A DNA stretch of 27,373 nucleotides from Synechococcales cyanobacterium PMM_0036 (GTDB lineage Bacteria; Cyanobacteriota; Cyanobacteriia; Elainellales; Elainellaceae), in NCBI GenBank assembly GCA_949127645.1, contig CASBQM010000483.1:1-27373 (forward strand). The letters run 5' to 3'. The first letter of the stretch is position 1, and each line of letters starts with the position of its first letter. Under the pieces are notes generated by a model. It saw only the letters and a list, made by a program, of their open reading frames with translations, was not told the DNA's origin and did no database searches. Made by a program: the position numbers and the translations under genes. Positions 1 through 8,332 of this stretch are shown one piece after another.

Positions 1-160
1 ACATTTTGAGGCACTCACGCTTAAATTCATCAGAATATCCGGTAGACGGAGAATAGGTATTAACAAACTGTCGTCCACACTCCTTACAAATGTGATTTTG
101 TTTACCTTTTTGCTTGCCGTTCTTACTGAGATTAGTTGAGCCGCATTCTGGACACTACAT
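1..160 (-). pseudogene. IS1-family transposase N-terminus with amber stop at codon 2
   Basis: ATG at 160-158, TAG at 157-155, then an open CPECG...CKECG frame to the window edge. Confidence 0.8.
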
Positions 161-202
161 AGCATTTCCCCGGATTTCATTGATCCATTATGCTACGCCG
201 CC
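1..202 (-). mobile_element. IS1-family element, left part (runs off window start)
   Basis: Not in the ORF track. Manual translation of the minus strand from 160 gives M*CPECGSTNLSKNGKQKGKQNHICKECGRQFVNTYSPSTGYSDEFKRECLKM, the CxxC...CxxC zinc-ribbon start typical of cyanobacterial IS1 InsA-type transposases. The left end is placed near 202 (GGCGGCGTAGCAT on minus), where similarity to the adjacent peptidase relic stops; the partner IR is outside the window. Confidence 0.8.
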
Positions 203-420
203 TAGTCGAGTTCGACTGAGCTGATCCGTTCCAAAAATGGAGAGGGTTTAAGTTTCTAGCGCCGAGCCTGTCTCGGTATTCATCACCACTGAGCCATATA
301 CATCAAACGGATACGCACCGTAGATACCGCCTTGCGGAGGGTGGTGGCGGGCGTGATTGTCAGCTCTTGTCCATTACGACTAAACGTAGCTGGCTTGCCG
401 TTCACCGTGATGCTATCGAA
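203..420 (-). pseudogene. M1-family metallo-aminopeptidase relic (two fused fragments)
   Basis: 420-329 encodes FDSITVNGKPATFSRNGQELTITPATTLRK (M1 N-terminal beta-domain-like). In another frame, 328-203 encodes GIYGAYPFDVYGSVVMNTETGSALET*TLSIFGTDQL, resembling the GPYPF...ALETQT segment preceding HExxH. TAA at 250-248 replaces the expected Gln. No start and no HExxH. Confidence 0.7.
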
Positions 421-507
421 CATTTTGTCAGATTGGAACCCAAACGATCGTCTTACTCTTAATTCAAAGCGCTTCTCACTCTCCAATTGTGAAGGGGCGA
501 TCGCCAA

Positions 508-3500
508 CTACTTTGATCTAGCTGATTCAACTGATTCAACTGACTCAAGCCGTGGTTTTTGTGAGTGTTTCTGGCGTTTATTCAGCCGATCTTGCCAGGA
601 TTCAGCATAAGTGTAGAACACCGGAGTTAGGTACAGAGTAAGGAACTGCGAGAACAGCAATCCGCCCACCACCACCAGACCCAACGGACGACGAGCATCA
701 GCTCCAGCACCAAAACCCAGGGCGATCGGCAAAGTGCCCATGAGTGCCGCCATAGTTGTCATCATGATGGGTCGAAATCGCACTAGACAGGCTTCGTAAA
801 TAGCATCATAAGCACTTTTGCCCTGTTGACGGGTTTCTACCGCAAAGTCAACCATCATAATCCCGTTCTTCTTAACAATACCGATTAAGAGAATGATGCC
901 GACAAAGGCATAGATATTTAGATCAACCTGAAATATTAACAGCGTTAGCAATGCCCCAAACCCAGCCGAAGGAAGGCTAGAGAGAATTGTCAGAGGATGA
1001 ATAAAGTTCTCATAGAGAATGCCTAGCACAATATAAATGACCAGAATTGCTGCCAGCAGCAACCAGCCTAACCCTTGCAGAGAAGATTGAAAAGCCTGTG
1101 CCGATCCCTGAAAGCTAGTGCTAACGCTTTCTGGCAAAATTTGTTGTGCTGCCTGCTCAATTTTGGCAGTGACACCTCCTAATGACACTCCCGGCTTTAG
1201 GTTAAAAGAGAGCGTCACAGAAGAAAGCTGACCTAGATGATTCACGGTCAAAGGTCCTGCCTCACGGGTGAGAGTGGCGATCGCATTCAGCGGCACCAAC
1301 TGCCCACTCGGAGCGCGGATGGAGAGTAAATCTAGAGCGTTAGCATCCTGTTGATACTGCGGCGCAACTCCTAGAATGACCTGATACTGATTGTCAGATG
1401 CATAAATCGTGGAAACTTGGCGCGTGCCGTAGGCATTGCTGAGAGCAGTCTCAATTTGGTTTGCAGTTAGTCCCAATGCCGCCGCCTGATCGCGGTTGAC
1501 CTGCACCCGTACCTGAGGATTATTGATCTGCAAATCGCTGTTGACATCCTGCAAATCGCTGAGCTGACGCAGGCTATTCTCCAATTGCGGGGCATATTGA
1601 TACAAGTCCTGCAGATTGAGGCTTTGCAGCGTGTATTGATACTGCGCCTTGGTTTGCTGACCGCCAACGTTAATAGCAGGCGGGTTTTGCAAGAAGACCT
1701 TGATGCCGGGGACTTTGGAGAGTTTGGGACGCAATTCTTGCACAACTGCGTCAGCGCTTAACGGGCGATCGTGTCTAGGCTTCAGGCGAATCGTCAGCCG
1801 TCCCGTATTTGCCGAACCGTTAGGACCTCCCGCGCCGACGGTCGAATTCACCCCATCGACGTTGGGATCGCGCTGCACAATCGTGGCGATCGCCTGCTGA
1901 TGTTTCACCATTTCTGGGAAAGAAATATCCTGTGCTGCCTGAGTGCTAGCAGTAATTTGCCCGATATCTGTGCTAGGAATAAATCCTTTGGGGACGACAA
2001 TGAACAGGACAATTGTTGCAACTAGGATAGCACCAGAGATCAGCATGGTGATGCGGTGATGCTTGAGCGATCGCCGTAAGCTCCAGCCATAGACACGCTG
2101 CAAGCCATTAAAAAATCGCTCTAAGGTATTGTAAAGACTTGCTTGAAAAAACTGAAATTTAGATTGCCGTTTAATCCTGCCGTTACCATTTGCTTCATGC
2201 GCCTTTTCATGAGAGTTACTCAGAAAACGGGAGCAAAGCATGGGAGTCAGACTGAGAGAGATGATTCCGGAAACTAAAATAGCGACACTGATAGTGACGG
2301 CAAATTCACCAAACAATCGCCCCAGAATGCCGCCCATGAACAAAATAGGGATAAATACTGCTACCAGCGAAATAGTCATCGAGAGAATCGTGAACCCAAT
2401 CTCTCTAGAGCCGTTTAGCGCCGCCTCCATACGACTTTCGCCCATTTCCATATGCCGGATAATATTCTCCAGCATCACCACCGCATCATCGACTACAAAG
2501 CCAACTGAGAGAGTAAGGGCCATCAGGGAAAGATTATCCAGCGAGTAGCCCAGCAACAGCATGACTGCCAAAGTTGCCACAATCGAGAGCGGCACCGCTA
2601 GACTGGGAATCAAAGTGGCAGAGACATTCCTTAAAAACAGGAAAATTACCATTACCACTAGACAGATCGTTAGGAATAGCGTGAACTGCACATCATCTAC
2701 GGATTCCTTAATCGGCTGAGAGCGATCGAACAAAATTTCCATCTTCACCCCAGCCGGAATCTGCTTCTGAAAGCTAGGCAAGATTTTTTTGATCTGCTGC
2801 ACGATTGCCACCGTGTTCGTTCCGGGCTGCCGCTGAATCGCCAGAACGATCGCCCTTGTGCCGTTATACCAGGTTGCTGCCTTGTCGTTCTCAACGCTGT
2901 CTATTACCTGACCCAGTTCGCCCAACTGTACGGGTGCGCCATTGCGGTAAGCAACCGTTAGCGATCGGTAGTCATCAGCATTATTGAGCTGACCGTTAGA
3001 CTCGATCGTAGCATTCTGTCGATTGCCATAGAGCGTGCCTGTAGGAACGTTGGAGTTACCATTGTCGATCGCGTCTGCAATTTCATCGATACCGATGCCT
3101 TTAGCACTAAGAGACTGCGGGTTCACCTGTATCCGCACCGCATACTTCTGAGAGCCGTATACGTTCACCTGCGCTACGCCATCCACCATAGAGAGCCGCT
3201 GGGCTAATTGCGTTTCCGCATACTTATCCACAGTCGAAAGCGGCAGAACTTCAGAGCTGAGAGCGATATAAAGAATCGGTTGATCGGCAGGGTTAACCTT
3301 GCGATAGGAAGGGGGAGTAGTCAGGGTTGTGGGCAGTTGCCGAGTCGCTTTGGAGATAGCTGCCTGGACATCTTGAGCGGCTCCGTCAATGTCACGACTC
3401 AGATCAAATTGCAGCGTAATTTGAGTGCTGCCCAGCGAACTCGTCGAGTTCATAGAACTAATTCCGGCAATGCTGGAAAACTGCTGTTCCAATGGAGTCG

Positions 3501-3690
3501 CCACTGAGGAAGCCATCGTTTCTGGATTCGCGCCTGACAGGTTTGCCGTCACCTGAATAGTCGGAAAATCAACATTAGGTAAATCACTAACGGGTAATAA
3601 GCGGTAACTCGTTAATCCAAAGATCAGTACCCCGACCATAATCAGCGTTGTCATCACTGGACGACGGATGAAGATCTCTGAAATATTCAT
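508..3690 (-). CDS. RND efflux transporter permease, AcrB/MdtB/MdtC type
   Basis: 1060 aa; N-terminal FIRRPVMTTL and PVSDLPNVDFPTIQV; proton-relay motifs GFVVDDA (TM4), GIVKKN (TM10) and RFRPIMMT (TM11). Confidence 0.97.
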   Translation of the reverse strand: MNISEIFIRRPVMTTLIMVGVLIFGLTSYRLLPVSDLPNVDFPTIQVTANLSGANPETMASSVATPLEQQFSSIAGISSMNSTSSLGSTQITLQFDLSRDIDGAAQDVQAAISKATRQLPTTLTTPPSYRKVNPADQPILYIALSSEVLPLSTVDKYAETQLAQRLSMVDGVAQVNVYGSQKYAVRIQVNPQSLSAKGIGIDEIADAIDNGNSNVPTGTLYGNRQNATIESNGQLNNADDYRSLTVAYRNGAPVQLGELGQVIDSVENDKAATWYNGTRAIVLAIQRQPGTNTVAIVQQIKKILPSFQKQIPAGVKMEILFDRSQPIKESVDDVQFTLFLTICLVVMVIFLFLRNVSATLIPSLAVPLSIVATLAVMLLLGYSLDNLSLMALTLSVGFVVDDAVVMLENIIRHMEMGESRMEAALNGSREIGFTILSMTISLVAVFIPILFMGGILGRLFGEFAVTISVAILVSGIISLSLTPMLCSRFLSNSHEKAHEANGNGRIKRQSKFQFFQASLYNTLERFFNGLQRVYGWSLRRSLKHHRITMLISGAILVATIVLFIVVPKGFIPSTDIGQITASTQAAQDISFPEMVKHQQAIATIVQRDPNVDGVNSTVGAGGPNGSANTGRLTIRLKPRHDRPLSADAVVQELRPKLSKVPGIKVFLQNPPAINVGGQQTKAQYQYTLQSLNLQDLYQYAPQLENSLRQLSDLQDVNSDLQINNPQVRVQVNRDQAAALGLTANQIETALSNAYGTRQVSTIYASDNQYQVILGVAPQYQQDANALDLLSIRAPSGQLVPLNAIATLTREAGPLTVNHLGQLSSVTLSFNLKPGVSLGGVTAKIEQAAQQILPESVSTSFQGSAQAFQSSLQGLGWLLLAAILVIYIVLGILYENFIHPLTILSSLPSAGFGALLTLLIFQVDLNIYAFVGIILLIGIVKKNGIMMVDFAVETRQQGKSAYDAIYEACLVRFRPIMMTTMAALMGTLPIALGFGAGADARRPLGLVVVGGLLFSQFLTLYLTPVFYTYAESWQDRLNKRQKHSQKPRLESVESVESARSK
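522..548 (+). repeat. 9-bp tandem repeat x3 (CTGATTCAA, CTGATTCAA, CTGACTCAA) in RND C-terminus
   Basis: Read directly; encodes the ESVESVES tail on the minus strand. Confidence 0.85.
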
Positions 3691-3694
3691 AGCT

Positions 3695-4567
3695 TTACAG
3701 CACCAAGCGAGGATAAAGACGGGCGCAAATGAGCGTCATGACGGTTGCCGTGACGAATAGCACGATAAAGTCCAGCCCCAATTCATACATACTGGAGCTA
3801 CCAACTATCATCAAGCTACGCAGGGCATCCACTTGATAAGTCAGCGGATTGAGATGAGAAACCACTTGTAGCCAGTTTGGCATCATGGCGATCGGGTAAA
3901 TTGCGTTACTGGCAAAAAACAGCGGCATGGTCATAAGTTGCCCCATGCCCATCAACCGTTCCCGCGTTCTGACCAGACAGGCAACCATCAGCGATAGCAG
4001 CGAGAAACAGGCGGCTCCCAGCAGCACAATCAGCACAACCCCCAGCAGCGCCAGGGGATTGAAGTTGAGATGCACACCCAAAAAGAAAGAGATTAAATAG
4101 ACAATTACCAACTGCACCAAGCTACGAACTCCAGCAGACAGGGCTTTACCCAAAACCAGAGCAGCGCGAGGAGTGGGGCTAGCAAGAAACTTGTGGACAA
4201 TGCCCAAATCCCGCTCCCACACAATGCTGATGGCGCTGAAAATCGCCACAAACAAAACGCTCTGCGCCAGAATGCCGGGAGCTAGAAAATCTATATAGCT
4301 TAAATTGCCTGTGGGAATGGCTTTAACTCGCGTCAACACTTGCCCAAAAATCAGCAGCCACAGGGCAGGCTGGACGGCACGCAACAGCAGATCGGTCGGA
4401 TCGTGCAGCAACTTCCGCACCTCGACTTCTGTAATCACCAGGGTTTTTGTGATTAAGTTGGCGATCGCCTCTATCCACCCAAGACGGCTGCGGGCAACGC
4501 TCTTATCCCTATTCCAACCCCGCTCATCCCAATCGTTTCGTGGCGCGCCTGACTCTTGAAGTGTCAC
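3695..4567 (-). CDS. ABC-2 type transporter permease (DrrB/NodJ-like)
   Basis: 290 aa, about 6 hydrophobic segments; YIDFLAPGIL, ERDLG, LNPLTYQVDALR motifs. The GTG start overlaps the ATPase end by 44 bp; the true start may be downstream. Confidence 0.93.
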   Translation of the reverse strand: MTLQESGAPRNDWDERGWNRDKSVARSRLGWIEAIANLITKTLVITEVEVRKLLHDPTDLLLRAVQPALWLLIFGQVLTRVKAIPTGNLSYIDFLAPGILAQSVLFVAIFSAISIVWERDLGIVHKFLASPTPRAALVLGKALSAGVRSLVQLVIVYLISFFLGVHLNFNPLALLGVVLIVLLGAACFSLLSLMVACLVRTRERLMGMGQLMTMPLFFASNAIYPIAMMPNWLQVVSHLNPLTYQVDALRSLMIVGSSSMYELGLDFIVLFVTATVMTLICARLYPRLVL

Positions 4568-5399
4568 TAAAGCTTCCTCCTACTTCTAATAATTTGCCCG
4601 TGTAGTGAATAAATACGTCATCTAACGTCGCTGATTCGCCGCTCTGCAAATCTATGTTTAGTGAGGCTTTCAGCGCGGTAGGCGTACCCGTGACCACCAC
4701 TCTGCCATGATCCATAATTGCCACCCGATCGCACAGAGTATCGGCTTCTTCCATGAAATGCGTCGTCAGCAAAATCGTCATGCCATATGCTTTCTTCAGC
4801 TCTAGCATCAAGTCCCAGACGGCGCTCCGGGCGATCGGATCTAGTCCGACGGTCGGCTCGTCTAGAAATACAATCGGCGGTCGGTGCAGAATCGATTGGG
4901 CAATTTCTAACCGTCGGATCATTCCACCTGAATAAGTTCTCACCAGTCGGTGAGCTGCGTCCTGTAAGCCCATAAACTCTAGAGCCTCTGCGATACGGGA
5001 TTTGAGCGATCGCCGAGGAATATCGTACAGCTTGGCAAAGATTAGCAGATTTTCGTAGCCTGTCAGCGTGCCGTCTGCCGAGAGAGCCTGCGGCACATAG
5101 CCCACCATTCGCCGCACCTGAGTCGGCTGTTGAGTTAGGTCAAATCCTGCAATGGTTGCTCGTCCAGAAGTGGGGGGTAGCAGGGTGGTCAGCATTTTGA
5201 TTGCCGTACTTTTTCCTGCGCCGTTGGGACCCAGCAACCCAAATACTTCCCCTGCCTCTACCGAGAGATTTAGGTCATCAACCGCGATCGCCCGATCGAA
5301 ATATCGGCTGAGCATCTGCGTTCTGATGATGGGGCGATCGCCCTGCGGCGGCTGATTCCCCAAATTCTGCTGGCGATCGGTCTGTTCCACTATGCCCAT
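4524..5399 (-). CDS. ABC transporter ATP-binding protein (DrrA/NodI-like)
   Basis: Walker A GPNGAGKS, signature YSGGM, Walker B IVFLDEP, H-loop TTH. Confidence 0.96.
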   Translation of the reverse strand: MGIVEQTDRQQNLGNQPPQGDRPIIRTQMLSRYFDRAIAVDDLNLSVEAGEVFGLLGPNGAGKSTAIKMLTTLLPPTSGRATIAGFDLTQQPTQVRRMVGYVPQALSADGTLTGYENLLIFAKLYDIPRRSLKSRIAEALEFMGLQDAAHRLVRTYSGGMIRRLEIAQSILHRPPIVFLDEPTVGLDPIARSAVWDLMLELKKAYGMTILLTTHFMEEADTLCDRVAIMDHGRVVVTGTPTALKASLNIDLQSGESATLDDVFIHYTGKLLEVGGSFSDTSRVRRATKRLG

Positions 5400-5404
5400 T
5401 CTTT

Positions 5405-6817
5405 TTATCCTCCCTGCTTGGACTTCTCGGCTCCAGCACCCGACTGACCCGCACCCGACTGACCGCTCTCCTGCACGGTCGCACCTGGCACTAGGTTAAA
5501 CTGCCCATCTGTCACCACGCGCTCTCCCGGCTTAAGACCCTGCTGAATCACTGTCTGGCTGTCTACCGCTACTCCCGGCGTGACCGGGCGCAGCTCAACC
5601 GTTTTGTCGGTCTTCACCACATAGACAAATTGCCCCTTCTGCCCGGTCTGGACCGCTTGAGTCGGAACAACGATCGCATTAGATTCATCAGTCAGCTTTA
5701 GCCGCACGTTGACAAATTGACCTGGAGTGAGCTGATTCCCGGCATTAGAGAAAGTCGCCTTGAGCTGAATTGTGCCTGTAGTGGTGTCTACGGCACTATC
5801 GACAAACTCTAATTCACCCTGGACAGGCGCACTTTTGGCAGAGGTCACGTCCACCTTTAGCCGCCCCTGAGCCTGATATTTCTTCAGATCCGGCAGCAGA
5901 CGCTGAGGCACCGAGAAACCCACATAAATCGGGCGAATCTGGCTGATCACCACCAGCGGATTAGTATTATCGTTAGCTTGCACCAAGTTGCCCTGATTCA
6001 CTTTCAGACTGCCCGTGCGTCCATCTACTGGCGAGTAAATAGCGCTGTAGGAGAGCTGAAGCTGGGCGCTGTCCACGGCGGCATCGGCGGCACTTACCGT
6101 AGCCTGAGCGCTCTGGACATTTGCCTGAGCCGAATCTACCGCCGCGATCGTATTCTGAACGCTACTCTGATTGGCTGCCACCACGGCACTCTGCGCTGCG
6201 GCACTAGTCCGAAACTGATCTGCCTGTTCACGGCTGACGGCTCCTTCTGCCTGCAAACTGTCATACCGTCGCGCCTGCACATTGTTATTGCTAGCCTGAG
6301 CCGATTCTTTGGTGACGTTTGCCCGCGCCTGATTCACTTGGGCTTCTGCCTGGGCTAAGTCGGCTTCTGCCTGACTCACCTGAGCGATCGCCTTTGCTCG
6401 GTTTGCCATTGCCTCTTGTAAAGAAGCCTGTAGCGGACGCGGATCGATCGTGAACAACAGATCGCCCTTCTGCACCTCCTGCCCTTCCTTGAAGTTAACC
6501 TCCATGAGCTGTCCCGCAATTTGCGACTTTACAGATACCGTAGAGTAAGCCTGCACGGTTCCTGTCGTCTGCACAAAAACGGGAACTGTTTTTTGGGTTG
6601 CCGTCGCCATTACTACTGGCACAGGACGTGCCCCACCCGACTTGGCAGAATTCGGCTGAGCGTCAGAGGCGGCACAAGCAGATAGACAGGTTAAGCCCAG
6701 CATTATGACCCAGAGCTGACTTTGGCGTAATGAAAGTTGGCGTAATGAAAGTTGGCGTAATGAAAGTTGGCGTAATGAAAGTTGGCGTAACCCTGGAGGA
6801 AAGTGATGTTGAGGCAT
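5405..6817 (-). CDS. RND periplasmic adaptor / membrane fusion protein (MdtA-like), probable lipoprotein
   Basis: Hydrophobic stretch ending in lipobox LSAC; lipoyl-like VKSQIAGQL...EGQEVQKGDLLF; long A/Q-rich hairpin; SAVDTTTGTI and LTPGQFV motifs. Confidence 0.95.
   Translation of the reverse strand: MPQHHFPPGLRQLSLRQLSLRQLSLRQLSLRQSQLWVIMLGLTCLSACAASDAQPNSAKSGGARPVPVVMATATQKTVPVFVQTTGTVQAYSTVSVKSQIAGQLMEVNFKEGQEVQKGDLLFTIDPRPLQASLQEAMANRAKAIAQVSQAEADLAQAEAQVNQARANVTKESAQASNNNVQARRYDSLQAEGAVSREQADQFRTSAAAQSAVVAANQSSVQNTIAAVDSAQANVQSAQATVSAADAAVDSAQLQLSYSAIYSPVDGRTGSLKVNQGNLVQANDNTNPLVVISQIRPIYVGFSVPQRLLPDLKKYQAQGRLKVDVTSAKSAPVQGELEFVDSAVDTTTGTIQLKATFSNAGNQLTPGQFVNVRLKLTDESNAIVVPTQAVQTGQKGQFVYVVKTDKTVELRPVTPGVAVDSQTVIQQGLKPGERVVTDGQFNLVPGATVQESGQSGAGQSGAGAEKSKQGG
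5436..5465 (+). repeat. 15-bp tandem duplication in adaptor C-terminus
   Basis: GCACCCGACTGACCC / GCACCCGACTGACCG; encodes GQSGA-GQSGA on minus. Confidence 0.8.
6722..6790 (+). repeat. Perfect 15-bp tandem repeat, 4.6 copies (TTGGCGTAATGAAAG)
   Basis: Four exact units plus 9 nt; encodes (LRQLS)4-LRQ in the adaptor signal-peptide n-region. Confidence 0.97.
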
Positions 6818-6861
6818 ATTCCGTTCAAGGTTTGGAGCGTGTTGGCTAGAACGTGTTAAAC

Positions 6862-6885
6862 TTAGTTAGCTTAACTAACAGTTAG
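6862..6885. promoter_or_regulatory. Candidate MarR operator (overlapping inverted repeats)
   Basis: TTAGTTA-GCT-TAACTAA (6862-6878) overlapping CTAAC-A-GTTAG (6875-6885), in the 183-bp region between the divergent adaptor and MarR genes. Confidence 0.55.
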
Positions 6886-7000
6886 TCTGACATACATTTC
6901 GCTTTTTGGCTAACGCTTCAAGTCAGCCATCCTGACTCGCAAAAATTAAAGCATTCTCGCTACACTAACCGATACTTCCTTTTAGGAGATTTGCAATCGC

Positions 7001-7504
7001 ATGAGTTTGGAATCCCATGCTCCAGAAAACGCTATACAGGAAAAGGCAGCACAAGAAAAGGCAATACAGTGCGCGACCGAGCTAATGGAAACGATTCCAG
7101 CGGTCATGCAGTTTATCCGCACCGAAATGCGAGGGCAAAATGCTGCCCTGCTGTCAGTGCCGCAGTTTCGGGTTTTAGCTTTTTTGAGTCGCCGTCCCGG
7201 CTCGTCTTTGTCAGAGGTTGCCGAACATCTGGGCGTGACGCGAGCCACGGCTTCCGCTATGACCGATCGCCTGGTGCAGCGGGGATTCCTCAGCCGCATA
7301 GATGATCCGCAGAAGCGCCGTCAGGTGATGCTTGATCTCACAGAAATTGGCTCAAATCAGCTTCAGCAGAGCCGGGGAAAAACCAGAGACACGATCGCCG
7401 CGCTGATGCAGCCGCTCACTGAAGAACAGCTCTTAGATATGTCAACCGGATTGGCAATTTTGAGGAAAGTATTCGAGTCTTTAGAACCTGAACCCGTTAG
7501 CTAG
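7001..7504 (+). CDS. MarR family transcriptional regulator
   Basis: 167 aa; LSVPQFRVLAFL...SLSEVAEHLGVTRATASAMTDRLVQRGF (wHTH) and DDPQKRRQV, matching the DxxDRR wing motif with one deviation. Confidence 0.95.
   Translation: MSLESHAPENAIQEKAAQEKAIQCATELMETIPAVMQFIRTEMRGQNAALLSVPQFRVLAFLSRRPGSSLSEVAEHLGVTRATASAMTDRLVQRGFLSRIDDPQKRRQVMLDLTEIGSNQLQQSRGKTRDTIAALMQPLTEEQLLDMSTGLAILRKVFESLEPEPVS
7031..7069 (+). repeat. Imperfect 15-bp repeat in MarR N-terminus
   Basis: GCTATACAGGAAAAG / GCAGCACAAGAAAAG / GCAATACAG, encoding AIQEK-AAQEK-AIQ. Confidence 0.7.
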
Positions 7505-7510
7505 AGAGAG

Positions 7511-8149
7511 TTAACGCAGTAAAAAACCCAGGTTGCTTAGGGCTTCTTTGAGGCGATCGCGTCCTGACAAAGCCGCTGCACTCGCTACCCGCTGGGTAGA
7601 ATGCTCTGACCAATTGCCCGAAACATCCATCTTCTGATCTGCGTAAAAAGCCTTCATGGTGGCGTTGTAGTGGGCGATCGCCTCATCTTGCTCCGTAAGA
7701 CCATAGGTTTCTCGATGCAGAATCGCTGGCTGCGGCAGACGTGGGTTAATTGCCGCAGGTTTTGCTGGGTCAGGATAGCCCACACAGAGACCAAACACCG
7801 TGAAAACTTGGGGCGGCAGGTTCAGCACTTTTGCCACCTCTTCCGGGTGGTTGCGCATTGCCCCAATGTAGACCGTGCCCAGCCCCAACGACTCAGCCGC
7901 AACCACCGCATTTTGTGCTGCTAAAGCCGCATCGACGATCGCCGTGACAAACATTTCCAGATAACTTAGCCCGTCATGAGATTGCCTCAAACCTTGTGCA
8001 ACATGAGACAGACGCGCCAAGTCTGCCAACCACAGCAAAAACAGCGGACATTGACGGATCTGAGCCTGATTGCCTGCAAGCTGCGCCAGACGATCTTTCC
8101 GCTCAGGAGATTCGATCGCAACAACGCTCCAAGTCTGCAAATTAGAAGA
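7511..8149 (-). pseudogene. NfsA/Frp-type NADPH-dependent nitroreductase, 5'-truncated
   Basis: SSNLQTWSVVA...IVDAALAAQNAVVAAESLGLGTVYIGAMRN...FGLCVGYP...PRLP are nitroreductase motifs. An in-frame TAG (8161-8159) lies four codons before SSNLQ; the usual N-terminal HRSxRxY FMN-binding segment is absent. Confidence 0.8.
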
Positions 8150-8288
8150 AGGGTAGTCCTATTTCTTAAAGGATGGAGAATAATCACCCTTTTTAGAGGT
8201 CTTGCCAGATCAGGCTTTCAGAACTAGGCTTTTTTCTCTACCTTTTACGGAATACTACTACCTAGGTGTGTACCGATCGATGCCATGG

Positions 8289-8315
8289 AAGCCGTAGTTA
8301 AGCAAGCTACGGCTT
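8289..8315. terminator. Stem-loop downstream of the EPS operon (putative terminator)
   Basis: AAGCCGTAG (8289-8297) / CTACGGCTT (8307-8315) perfect 9-bp stem, 17 bp past the epimerase stop; U-tract is weak. Confidence 0.55.
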
Positions 8316-8332
8316 TCAATCAGATCTCAAAA

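Noticed and set aside
283-507. 74-aa ORF as a real small protein
   Set aside because: It is a chimera of intergenic sequence and a peptidase fragment; treated as a pseudogene relic.
508-6817. Efflux operon as the secretion route for the RTX protein or for EPS
   Set aside because: The ABC is DrrAB/ABC-2 type, not an HlyB/PrtD-type fused exporter, and the adaptor is RND-type; EPS export is already explained by Wzx/Wza/Wzc.
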